Below the pieces are notes generated by a model. The model had not been told where the DNA came from. It worked only from the letters and a program-made list of their open reading frames with translations, and ran no database searches. Positions 7,561 through 16,063 of a DNA stretch of 38,409 nucleotides are shown here, in pieces; within the stretch, counting starts at the first letter, position 1; the number at the start of each line of letters is the position of its first letter. The DNA is from a virus. The stretch is taken from the UHGV virus genome UHGV-1369436. One strand, written 5' to 3'. Both the position numbers and the translations under genes were made by a program.

Positions 7561-9690
7561 ATGCATGACGAAGACAAAGTATTTAAAGACCCAAGGGTAG
7601 ACGACATAACAACCAGCACTGGTGTGATTGATGAGCGTGATGCCCTATCTATTGATGAAGTAGATGACGCTACGCTTGTACGGCGTTTCAAGTATTGGGT
7701 AAACGACTCAGAAGCTTACTGGAATAGCAGAAGCGGTTTCAACCTACGCAACGTACGGGCACAGAATGAGCGCTACTACCTAGGCAAACAGGACAACGAC
7801 AGGCTTTACTACCACCAGGCAGACTACCGCGATAACCAGCTATTCGTTGGTATTCAAGCTGTTATAGCCTATGTCTCAGCTCGTGACCCAGGGTGTGAGA
7901 TTACTCCAGGTGATGACTCTCCAGCTAGCAAGACGCTCGCAGCACGTCTAGAAAGCGCTGTAGACCTTCACAGCCAGAAGGTACGTCTCTCACGCAAGAT
8001 CAAGGTAGCAGCCAAGAACCTCGCCCTGAAGCGTGTTGGCGTAATCAAGCTCATGTATAACCCATTCAGCAAGGAGATTGAAGCGAGGGCGCTCAACCCA
8101 GAGAAGGTTATTCTTGATCGTAACGCAGAGCTAGATGAGGAGCCACGCTTTATCTGCGAGGTATGTGAGGACACTGTAGATATTCTCATGTCTAAATTCC
8201 CAGAGAAAGAGAAGGAGATTATGAATGAGCTTGGCTTTGTGCGCAAGACCCAGAAGCTCCTCAGCACTGTTGTGGCCTACAACGAGATTTGGTTTACAGA
8301 TACTACCACTGGTGAACCACGTGAGTGTGTCGCTTGGTATTTCAACAACCTTATCTTAGATAAGAAGCTCAGCCCTATGTACGAGTACGACAACAAGGGT
8401 GTTGCTATCTGTAACTACACAGACAAGCCCACCAAGCCGTACGCCTTCTGCAATTACCTGAACGATGGTAGCCATATGATCGACCAAACATCACCTATCG
8501 AGCAGGCCATTCCTCTCCAGAACATCCTCAACCGTCGTGGTCGCCAGATCATTGACAACGCAGACACAGCTAACAGCATTAAGGTGTTCCGTGCCGGAGC
8601 TATCTCAGAGGATGACGCCAAGAAGCTCACAGGCAAGCCTAATCAGTCTGTTGTGCTCGATATTCGTGAGGACGAGCCTCTCAGCAACGCATATGGTGAA
8701 ATTCCAGCCCACTTGCTACCTAACTACGTACTACAAGACAAAGAGGACATTAAGAACAGCATCCACAACATCCTTGGTACGCCTTCTCAGTTCCGTGGCG
8801 ATGACTCGAAGCGTGACGTTGGTACACTCGGTGAAGCACAGATGATGCAGAGCCAAGCCTCTGGCCGGCAGGATGAGATTGTGCGTGAGATTGATAACAT
8901 GCTTGATCGCTACTTTAAGTTGCTCGTTCAGATGATGAAGGTGTACTACAGCAAGAACCACAAAATCTCTGGCCGTGACACTGATGGCAACTTCATCCAT
9001 GTAGAGCTATCTCGTGAGACTATCCCAGACAACGCTGTGATCGCTGTGTCACCAGGTAGCACCGTGAGTATGGACAAGAGCCGACGTGAGAACATCGCAG
9101 TGAAGCTGGCAGAGCTTGGTGTGATTGATCCATACAACCTGTTTAAGGATCTTGGCCTTAAGGACTCTAGTGAGCGTTACGAGAGCCTGGTTAAGTTCAA
9201 GACTGATCCGAACATGCTCGTGGATGAGGTGCGCAGTGAGGTACAAGATGAGGAAGCCTACATTGACTTTGCAGTCATCATGAACGGTTTCGACGCTAAG
9301 CCACGTGATGACGTGACACCGCAGCATATCCTAGCTCACAATAAGCAACTCCAGACAGACAAGTTCCTCATGGCTAACCCGAAGCTCCAGCAGAAGCTCC
9401 TGGCTCACATTGACCAAGAGGTGCTAAGTCTCAGCCAGCGTGAGAAGCTCCAACAAGCTAGCGACCAAGGCCTACTCGTAGACCCAACTATCCCTACAAG
9501 CCCAGAGATTCCAGAGCCTCAGCCACCAATGCCCGTAGACCCCTCTCAGATGCCACCAGAAGCGATGCAAGGCCAGCAGCCACCAGTAGATGGTCAACCC
9601 ATCCCTGAGCAGCCAGCACAGCCTGTAGGTGACCTAGGCGGCGTACAGGATCAAGGCACAAGCGGTATCCTCTCCGGCCTCGGGCTATAG
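7561..9690 (+). CDS. Portal protein with a Pro/Gln-rich C-terminal tail.
   Basis: 709 aa, immediately after TerL. Start set at ATG 7561, which has AGGAG 8 nt upstream (the track begins at 7534). C-terminus reads PEPQPPMPVDPSQMPPEAMQGQQPP. Confidence 0.65.
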   Translation: MHDEDKVFKDPRVDDITTSTGVIDERDALSIDEVDDATLVRRFKYWVNDSEAYWNSRSGFNLRNVRAQNERYYLGKQDNDRLYYHQADYRDNQLFVGIQAVIAYVSARDPGCEITPGDDSPASKTLAARLESAVDLHSQKVRLSRKIKVAAKNLALKRVGVIKLMYNPFSKEIEARALNPEKVILDRNAELDEEPRFICEVCEDTVDILMSKFPEKEKEIMNELGFVRKTQKLLSTVVAYNEIWFTDTTTGEPRECVAWYFNNLILDKKLSPMYEYDNKGVAICNYTDKPTKPYAFCNYLNDGSHMIDQTSPIEQAIPLQNILNRRGRQIIDNADTANSIKVFRAGAISEDDAKKLTGKPNQSVVLDIREDEPLSNAYGEIPAHLLPNYVLQDKEDIKNSIHNILGTPSQFRGDDSKRDVGTLGEAQMMQSQASGRQDEIVREIDNMLDRYFKLLVQMMKVYYSKNHKISGRDTDGNFIHVELSRETIPDNAVIAVSPGSTVSMDKSRRENIAVKLAELGVIDPYNLFKDLGLKDSSERYESLVKFKTDPNMLVDEVRSEVQDEEAYIDFAVIMNGFDAKPRDDVTPQHILAHNKQLQTDKFLMANPKLQQKLLAHIDQEVLSLSQREKLQQASDQGLLVDPTIPTSPEIPEPQPPMPVDPSQMPPEAMQGQQPPVDGQPIPEQPAQPVGDLGGVQDQGTSGILSGLGL

Positions 9691-9695
9691 ACATA

Positions 9696-9747
9696 ACCAC
9701 CTCCATTTAGATATAATCTAGGTATATATCAAACATAATGGAGGTGT
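9696..9747 (+). promoter_or_regulatory. 10-bp perfect inverted repeat CACCTCCATT…AATGGAGGTG. The right arm is the SD/start region of the downstream scaffold gene. The loop contains GATATAATC.
   Basis: Read directly. The left arm mimics the anti-SD sequence. Possible translational occlusion of the scaffold RBS and/or a promoter. Confidence 0.4.
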
Positions 9748-10793
9748 TTACATTGGCATCATCTAACACAGACCTATCAGAGATGGACTTTGACGCGCTG
9801 GTTGAGAAGGCAGAAGCCCAAGACCAGGACGACAAGGAAACGACTGACGAGGTAAAGGAACAACAAGACAACCCTACCACAGAGGAGGAAAAGAACGGTG
9901 AGGGTGAAGACACCACCGAAACGCAAGACGACGAGTCGGAAGAGACTCCAGAGGATGAATCAGACAAAGAAGAATCTGGAGAATCAAAGGAAGAGCCGAA
10001 AACACAAGGCTTATCTGACGAAGAGTTTCTAAAGGAGCTTGAGCGTCGCGGCCTTAAGGTGGCAGAAAACAAAAAGGAAGAGCCCAAAAAAGACGACAAA
10101 CCTCAGCCATGGGAAGAGCGCCCAGATGAGATTGACGAGAAGCTTTGGAACAAGTCCTCACCAGAGGAGAAGTTCATCTACAACAGCCTTGATTACATCA
10201 CTGTGAAGGGCAAGGACGGCGAGGAGCTGTCTATCAAACTGCCCACACAGCTGCCTGACGACTTTGAGTTTGCCAATAAGAAGGCAGAGGCTCAGTTCTA
10301 CAGTGCTATGAGCGCCCAAAGCTCCAAGGCAGAGAAGCTCATGAACAAGATCACCTCTGATCGTGAGCAGACGACCAAGGCAGAGAAGGAAAAGGCAGAG
10401 CTTGATGCTATTATTGCTGATGTGGATCGCCTCCAGGATGATGGTATCGTCCCAAAGATCAAGGCTAAGCCAGGTACAGAGGAATTTAACAGTGATCCTA
10501 GTGTGCAGCTAGTCAACAAGATCCTTGACTTTCGCGATGAGTACAACCGCAAGCACAAGGGTGAGAACATCAGCTCATACACAGCTGGCCTCATCTACAA
10601 GGCTAAGAACCCAAAAGAGTTTGAGACAGAGGACGACAAGCGACGTTCTAGCCAGGACAAATCACGGGAGAAAACTGCTAGCCGTGTAGCAAATAAAACA
10701 ACATCAGCCAATCGCCCAGAGTACAACCATAAGGCTTTTGGGAAGAATGTTAGTCTAACTGACATTGCAGATTACTACGCAGATCAACTATAA
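9738..10793 (+). CDS. Scaffolding protein (highly acidic, E/D/K-rich, helical). Alternative TTG start at 9753.
   Basis: Position directly after the portal. N-terminal 120 aa contain more than 40% D/E. Confidence 0.55.
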   Translation: MEVFTLASSNTDLSEMDFDALVEKAEAQDQDDKETTDEVKEQQDNPTTEEEKNGEGEDTTETQDDESEETPEDESDKEESGESKEEPKTQGLSDEEFLKELERRGLKVAENKKEEPKKDDKPQPWEERPDEIDEKLWNKSSPEEKFIYNSLDYITVKGKDGEELSIKLPTQLPDDFEFANKKAEAQFYSAMSAQSSKAEKLMNKITSDREQTTKAEKEKAELDAIIADVDRLQDDGIVPKIKAKPGTEEFNSDPSVQLVNKILDFRDEYNRKHKGENISSYTAGLIYKAKNPKEFETEDDKRRSSQDKSREKTASRVANKTTSANRPEYNHKAFGKNVSLTDIADYYADQL

Positions 10794-10811
10794 AGTGAAA
10801 GGAGAAAATAG

Positions 10812-11345
10812 ATGAATCTGGATCAAATCAATCAAGGGCTGACCGAGGATCAAATCCTTGGTAACAGCGTAACAACTCAGGCTGTAGACGGCGAGACGTT
10901 CCGTGACATTGTATACGGCATGTTTAAGCCAAACGATATGGTGGTGATTAAGAACAACGCGCCGTATCCATCAGGTTTTGCGTATATGCACATTGATGAC
11001 GAGGAGCACATCCAGCCTAACGAGTACACTAACACCACTATCCGTGGCAAGCAACGCGCTTTCCTCATCCACGCAGGTGAAGAGAAGGTTGTGCCAGGCT
11101 GGCTCGCCTACATGGCTCTCGAGCACATGTGGAAAGAGTACGCCCAGTACAGCAGCTCTGATGGCGCTCGTATGCTTGCAGACGTACAAGCTCGCACTAA
11201 GTGGCTCAACGAAGCGTACCGCGGCCCAGCTCAGTACACGACTGGCACTAAGGATACCGCAAAGGAAGAGGCAGAGAAGCCAGCACGACGTGGCCGTCAA
11301 GCTAAAGCGGAAAGTAAAGAGGAAGATCTAGGGTTTAGCGAGTAA
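10812..11345 (+). CDS. Hypothetical head-module protein (177 aa).
   Basis: SD AAAGGAGAAAA. Confidence 0.6.
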   Translation: MNLDQINQGLTEDQILGNSVTTQAVDGETFRDIVYGMFKPNDMVVIKNNAPYPSGFAYMHIDDEEHIQPNEYTNTTIRGKQRAFLIHAGEEKVVPGWLAYMALEHMWKEYAQYSSSDGARMLADVQARTKWLNEAYRGPAQYTTGTKDTAKEEAEKPARRGRQAKAESKEEDLGFSE

Positions 11346-11362
11346 ATAGCAACCCTATCTGT

Positions 11363-11413
11363 AGCCCGCCCGGGGTATAATCTCTAAAGAAGGAGAATAA
11401 CTGGGCGGGTTTT
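11363..11413 (+). promoter_or_regulatory. Hairpin CCCGCCC…GGGCGGG enclosing a 31-nt loop that carries TATAAT and AAGGAG. TTTT follows. Terminator-like element and/or regulated promoter.
   Basis: 9-bp GC-rich stem read directly. The loop motif TATAATCT is shared with the 9696-9747 element. Confidence 0.4.
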
Positions 11414-11434
11414 CGCCTGAAAGAGACAAACTGT

Positions 11435-11716
11435 ATGGATGACAAACCTCTAAACAAATGGCAAGTCAAAGAGATTATCGATGACGCCATCACCAAGCAT
11501 GAATTGCGCAAAGAAAATGACTTTGTGCCTATCTACGCGTTAGAAATATACAAAAAAGACATAGAATCACGCCTCAAAGACCTTGAGACAGACTCAGCAG
11601 AGGCTAAAGACCGTAACAAATGGCTATTTCGCCTAGTTGTGGGTGCAGTTATCACCTCATTTGTGCCAATTGTCATTGCATTGCTGTCCAACAGCAGGGG
11701 AGGGTTGCTAAGATGA
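11435..11716 (+). CDS. Hypothetical protein with a C-terminal transmembrane helix (93 aa).
   Basis: ORF track entry. ATGA overlap with the next gene. Confidence 0.5.
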   Translation: MDDKPLNKWQVKEIIDDAITKHELRKENDFVPIYALEIYKKDIESRLKDLETDSAEAKDRNKWLFRLVVGAVITSFVPIVIALLSNSRGGLLR

Positions 11717-12465
11717 GAAAGAATCGTGTCATTCGATGGTTTAAAAGAGAAACACTACTAAAAATCCTATCAATCATGATGATTTTAAGCCTTTTATTCA
11801 GTGGCTACACTATCTACAAGGTATTTACGCTCAAACCAGGCCAAGCAGTGACCATATCTGGCGGCACGAAGGTAGAAAAACCCATTACAAACATCACTAA
11901 CGCTCAAATAGACAAGGACGGCAACCTTGTACTCACTTATTCAGACGGAGAGGCACGCAATGTAGGCTCTATCGTAGGCTCTAACGGTAAAGATGGCGCT
12001 GATGGCAAGACACCAACTAACTCAGAGATAGCATTAGCCATCAAGACGTACTGTCTCACCAACAAATGTTCAGATAACCCCACGAGCGCCCAGGTAATGA
12101 GTGCTGTTGCTGCTTATTGCTCAGGTGGTATATGTAACGGTACGAACGGTAAGAACGCATCAGACGAGCAAATAGCGACTGCTGTGGCTAAATACTGTGC
12201 AGCAGGACTGTGTAGGGGAGATAAAGGCGCTACGGGTGCGACAGGGGCTACAGGAGCGGCAGGAGCTAATGGCATCAATGGTGTTGATGGCAAAGACGGT
12301 AAGGACGGCAAAGACGGCGCGTCTCCACAGCTATCATGTGTCAACATCAAGGACAATTCAGGTAACCAAACATCATGGGTAGCATGGAAGTACGAAGGTG
12401 AAGTAAACACCGCGTACCGTAGGCTATACAAGATCGCTGGTGACAGTAACTGTATTAATATTTAA
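11713..12465 (+). CDS. Collagen-like (Gly-X-Y) repeat protein with an N-terminal membrane anchor and Cys-rich repeats.
   Basis: Start at ATG 11713, which has a GGGGAGGG SD. N-terminal TM segment LLKILSIMMILSLLFSGYTIY. Three CxxxxC repeats (YCLTNKC, YCSGGIC, YCAAGLC). GDKGATGATGATGAAGANGINGVDGKDGKDGKDG. Confidence 0.65.
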   Translation: MRKNRVIRWFKRETLLKILSIMMILSLLFSGYTIYKVFTLKPGQAVTISGGTKVEKPITNITNAQIDKDGNLVLTYSDGEARNVGSIVGSNGKDGADGKTPTNSEIALAIKTYCLTNKCSDNPTSAQVMSAVAAYCSGGICNGTNGKNASDEQIATAVAKYCAAGLCRGDKGATGATGATGAAGANGINGVDGKDGKDGKDGASPQLSCVNIKDNSGNQTSWVAWKYEGEVNTAYRRLYKIAGDSNCINI

Positions 12466-12475
12466 GGAGGTATAA

Positions 12476-13513
12476 ATGGCGTACAACTACATTACGCAGT
12501 ATGACTCGCCAAACTACACTGCTGGCCGGCAAGGCAACAACATCAGCAGTATCACAATCCACTGGTGGGGGGATCCTAACCAGAACCCTACGTTTGAGGG
12601 TGTCACAGCCTGGCTGTGCAACCCAGCAGCGCAGGTAAGCGCTCACTACGTCGTTACGGGTACAGACCGGCGTGTAGCCTGTATTGTAGACCCTGCTAAC
12701 ATCGCTTGGCACGCAGGCAACTGGGTAGGCAACCAGACGAGCATTGGTATCGAATGCGATCCACGGTGTCGTGATGAGGACTATGACGTTATTGCTGAAC
12801 TGGTAGCAGAGCTACGTAAAACTTACGGAGACCTACCACTCCGCCCGCATAACTCATGGACGAGCACAAGCTGCCCTGGCAACTATGACCTTGGCCGTAT
12901 CGATCGTATGGCTCGTGAGAAGGCTGGCCAGACCGTGCAGCGCGACCGGACTGACGAGATTAACTATCTCAATGGCTTGTACCAGCAGATTCTTGACCGC
13001 AACGTAGACGAAAACGCTATTGGTCACTACCTATCTCAGATCGACAAGGGCTGGAACTGGGATCAGATCCGTGAGGACTTGGCTAACAGCGCAGAAGGTA
13101 AGGCTGTGGCAGAGCGACGTAACGCACGTAATAATGAGCTACGAGCAGCCTACGACAGTGAGACTAACGAGATTCAGCGCCTCTACCGGGAAGTGCTTGA
13201 GCGTGATGCAGACGAGGCTGGCATTGAGCATTACCGGAATCAGATCCGTAACGGCTGGAGCTGGGGTATGGTAGCAGATGACCTACGCCGTAGTGATGAG
13301 TACAAGGAATTGCAGCGCATCAAGAACGCACCAACGCCAGAGATTCAGCATGTAGACCCAGAGCCACCGACAGAGCCAGAGAAACCGCAGGAGAGGGCCG
13401 CAGAAGCACCTCAGGAAGCGCCAAAGGCAGAGGACACTACAACTATCCTTGGAGATATTCGACGTATCCTACAGGCGATTCTAGACGCTATCACAGGTTT
13501 GTTTAAAAAATAA
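12476..13513 (+). CDS. Endolysin. N-acetylmuramoyl-L-alanine amidase (Amidase_2/PGRP-type) with two roughly 45-aa C-terminal repeats and a Pro/Glu-rich tail.
   Basis: Motifs …ITIHWWGDP…SAHYVV…IAWHAGNWVGNQTSIGIEC…HNSWTSTSCPG. The repeats LYQQILDRNVDENAIGHYLSQIDKGWNWDQI and LYREVLERDADEAGIEHYRNQIRNGWSWGMV are putative cell-wall-binding units. Confidence 0.7.
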   Translation: MAYNYITQYDSPNYTAGRQGNNISSITIHWWGDPNQNPTFEGVTAWLCNPAAQVSAHYVVTGTDRRVACIVDPANIAWHAGNWVGNQTSIGIECDPRCRDEDYDVIAELVAELRKTYGDLPLRPHNSWTSTSCPGNYDLGRIDRMAREKAGQTVQRDRTDEINYLNGLYQQILDRNVDENAIGHYLSQIDKGWNWDQIREDLANSAEGKAVAERRNARNNELRAAYDSETNEIQRLYREVLERDADEAGIEHYRNQIRNGWSWGMVADDLRRSDEYKELQRIKNAPTPEIQHVDPEPPTEPEKPQERAAEAPQEAPKAEDTTTILGDIRRILQAILDAITGLFKK

Positions 13514-13525
13514 AGGAGAAGTAAA

Positions 13526-13762
13526 ATGGAAGCACTAAACGTTCTCATCGTACCAGCAATCGTAAAGCTGTTCGACATGTTCAACAAGAAGGAGTGGGGC
13601 GGCATCGCTAAGGTGTTCCTCGCTATCGCAGCAGGCATTGGTTACTACTTTGTGACCGGGCACTTTGTCTTTACTGACAAGACTGTCTACGAAGGTATTG
13701 CCTTCGGCCTCCAGGCTGCTGGTCTTGTGACTGTGGCTGCTAAAGCTGGCGCAACCAAATAG
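13526..13762 (+). CDS. Holin-like small membrane protein (78 aa, two TM segments).
   Basis: Two hydrophobic segments with a charged C-terminus. Adjacent to the endolysin. SD AAAGGAGAAG. Confidence 0.5.
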   Translation: MEALNVLIVPAIVKLFDMFNKKEWGGIAKVFLAIAAGIGYYFVTGHFVFTDKTVYEGIAFGLQAAGLVTVAAKAGATK

Positions 13763-13784
13763 CTCATAATCAGCTGTTGTATTA

Positions 13785-13814
13785 TTGACCCCTAGGTATC
13801 CTGGGGGTTATAAT
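13785..13814 (+). promoter_or_regulatory. Promoter TTGACC-N18-TATAAT with a GC hairpin (CCCCTAGG-TAT-CCTGGGGG) in the spacer. The hairpin plus U-rich tail may also terminate the lysis transcript.
   Basis: Read directly. Confidence 0.45.
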
Positions 13815-13822
13815 ATTAGCGT

Positions 13823-14155
13823 ATGCAAGATAGCTTAATGATCGAGTGGAGAAACGGCGAGGTGACCATCACCCCACCCGAGGATTTTCAGAAAGTAATA
13901 AAGCCACGGTATATACCACGGGGGGCGAGTCGTGGGCTGTATATTAATCGCATGTCTGTGACTAAGAATGGCCAGACAACAGTGGTGACGTTCGAGAAGG
14001 ATGGGGACGCGTACATCACTGCCCCGACTGGCAAAGTGTACTTTACAGAGTACAAGATCGTAAGCGCCCAGCCTGTTTTGCTATCTAAAGAGTTTGTTGG
14101 TTTCTCTGGTGTAAATACTGTCGGGGAATTTGATGAATTACTGTTGCCTATTTGA
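13823..14155 (+). CDS. Hypothetical protein (110 aa). No SD, so possibly translated leaderless or with a short leader.
   Basis: The ORF lies about 9 nt after the TATAAT. Confidence 0.5.
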   Translation: MQDSLMIEWRNGEVTITPPEDFQKVIKPRYIPRGASRGLYINRMSVTKNGQTTVVTFEKDGDAYITAPTGKVYFTEYKIVSAQPVLLSKEFVGFSGVNTVGEFDELLLPI

Positions 14156-14256
14156 TCTAGTAGGAGTATAATGCTTTATGCAGCGTGATCCGGAGTCCGG
14201 ACGCCGTGTGAGCGACTGTACAAGTATAATTAATTAATTTACTGTGGTTATGCATA

Positions 14257-14283
14257 GCACCCTTGGTCAAAAGCCAGGGGTGC
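14257..14283 (+). terminator. Hairpin CACCCTTGG-TCAAAAG-CCAGGGGTG (first of two consecutive hairpins).
   Basis: 9-bp stem with one mismatch. Confidence 0.4.
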
Positions 14284-14305
14284 TGTGTTATTATAGAGGT
14301 GCACG

Positions 14306-14346
14306 ACCAGCCTACCAAGCTATCTTGGTGAGGGCTGGTTTTTGTT
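14306..14346 (+). terminator. Rho-independent terminator ACCAGCC…GGCTGGT followed by TTTTTGTT. TATAAT follows at 14356-14361.
   Basis: Nested stem (CCAAGC/GCTTGG inside CAGCC/GGCTG) followed by a T-run. Confidence 0.6.
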
Positions 14347-14390
14347 ATGTACGTGTATAATGAGAGGTAGAATTAAACGGAGAAAATACT

Positions 14391-14750
14391 ATGACAAAAT
14401 GGATCAACAATGATGCTTGGAACGCCTTGCTCAATAAGGTAAAGACGGCGGATCAGATTTGGCTGCTATCTACTTACGTAGAGAACTATAGCGCGGCACA
14501 AGCTAATAAGATCGGTGGCAAAGCTTATTCGCTCGGTAGTATTTCATTCCCAGCTAGTGGTGAAAAGAAGGTTTCCTTGCCAAATGTCACAGACATACCT
14601 ATAGATAAAAGTGGTACAGTCAACCACGTAGCGCTTGTTCGCACTGGCGGTAGCGATCTAATCATGGTTGTTGATGTTACAAGCCAAGCTGTTGCTCAGA
14701 ACGGTAAGGCTGATATATCTGGTATCGAACTGAAGGCAGAGGTGGCGTAG
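14391..14750 (+). CDS. Hypothetical structural protein (119 aa).
   Basis: SD ACGGAGAAAA. Confidence 0.6.
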   Translation: MTKWINNDAWNALLNKVKTADQIWLLSTYVENYSAAQANKIGGKAYSLGSISFPASGEKKVSLPNVTDIPIDKSGTVNHVALVRTGGSDLIMVVDVTSQAVAQNGKADISGIELKAEVA

Positions 14751-14751
14751 T

Positions 14752-15243
14752 ATGGAGAACAATAAAAGAGTACGGCGCATCGCAGACATAGCAGAGGAGC
14801 TTGGTTTTCGTGTATGGTTTAGCTTCGCGGTTTGCCATATTCATAGAATGTATGGTCCAGAGGTCGCTCATTTTGAGCTGGATGACCAGCAGCGGTATTG
14901 GGTATCATCTGAATTTCTAAACGCTACTGCCGGTAAGTATTTCCGCGAGATAGTTGATCATATTGGCTACTTAGCGGCCAATAAGGGTAGCCAGTCGAGA
15001 GGTGTCCTATATTCACCGAAGGACGGGCGCACTAGTTGGTGGTCGTTGAAAGAACTTGAGGATGGTAGCGGTGTTAAGACTATAGGGAATGAGAGCATGG
15101 ACTCACTGTTCACGAAAAAAGGCGTCGAACGGATCATGAAACGATACGACGTAGGTCATAACTGCTACATACAAGAAATAGACCAGGACGGCACAGCTGG
15201 CAAGAAAATAGAATGGGAAGGTGGAACTGATAGGAGTTGGTAA
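14752..15243 (+). CDS. Hypothetical protein (163 aa).
   Basis: ORF track entry. Tightly packed with neighbouring genes. Confidence 0.6.
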   Translation: MENNKRVRRIADIAEELGFRVWFSFAVCHIHRMYGPEVAHFELDDQQRYWVSSEFLNATAGKYFREIVDHIGYLAANKGSQSRGVLYSPKDGRTSWWSLKELEDGSGVKTIGNESMDSLFTKKGVERIMKRYDVGHNCYIQEIDQDGTAGKKIEWEGGTDRSW

Positions 15244-16059
15244 ATGAACGAGAATCTAGCATCAGCAGTATTAACTAGCAATATAAACACGACACAAACA
15301 ACTATACCCGTTAAAAGCGCTAATGACTTTCCGGTATCTGGCTATTACTACGCAACTATTACCCCCACCAATGCATTCCCCAGTACTGAAAACTCGGAGA
15401 TAGTCCTAGTGAAGGCTCGCGCAAACAACATATTCACAGTAGAGCGTGGCGCTCGGCGCACGATAGCAAAGTCATTTCAGGCTGGCGCGCTTATCTACAT
15501 ATCAGTATATGGCGAGAGAACACTCAAGGTTGGTGATATTATCATGACAATGAATAATAGCCCGGCCTATGGTCGGTTGTTTATGGATGGTGGCCAGTAC
15601 CAAGAAGAGGATTACTCTCTGTTAGCTGAGCACATAAGGTATAATCCGGCACTAGGAAGTGTTAGTGGCGGAATTATCACATTAAAAAATATGCGGCAAA
15701 AATTTCCACTGGGGAAAGCGCCGTCCGGTACGGGTAGTACTCTCGGTGAGTCTGGTGGGGAGATAGACCACAAACATGGCATGTCTACCTACACTGGAGC
15801 TGGAGTCGGTTTTGGCACAGGCGACGTCCGTGCGGCTATTGGCGCTACCCACGACGACGCTAAGCGTATAGGTTACGCAGCGTTGGATGCAACTATGCCG
15901 GCCGGCGGCACACGCCCGAATTATAAGTACTCGATCAACTCGAGAGACAGCCAAGAGAATGAGGGCAGTAGATGGAATCACTTCACCCCGGTGTTTGGAT
16001 ACACAAACTCGAATAACCCTCCATTTATTGTAGTAAACTTTGAAGTTGTAGCGAGGTGA
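15244..16059 (+). CDS. Tail fiber / receptor-binding protein with a phage tail-collar-like domain.
   Basis: GDIIMTMNNSPAYGRLFMDGGQYQEEDYSLLAEHI…ITLKNMRQKFPLG matches the tail-collar pattern (G.I….P.G.L..DG..…Y..L……F.LP.LRG.F..G). Confidence 0.5.
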   Translation: MNENLASAVLTSNINTTQTTIPVKSANDFPVSGYYYATITPTNAFPSTENSEIVLVKARANNIFTVERGARRTIAKSFQAGALIYISVYGERTLKVGDIIMTMNNSPAYGRLFMDGGQYQEEDYSLLAEHIRYNPALGSVSGGIITLKNMRQKFPLGKAPSGTGSTLGESGGEIDHKHGMSTYTGAGVGFGTGDVRAAIGATHDDAKRIGYAALDATMPAGGTRPNYKYSINSRDSQENEGSRWNHFTPVFGYTNSNNPPFIVVNFEVVAR

Positions 16060-16063
16060 TGTA

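Noticed and set aside
12114-12431. 105-aa ORF on the - strand (PSLPSLPSTPLMPLAPAAPVAPVAP).
   Set aside because: It is an antisense reading of the collagen-like GXY-repeat DNA.
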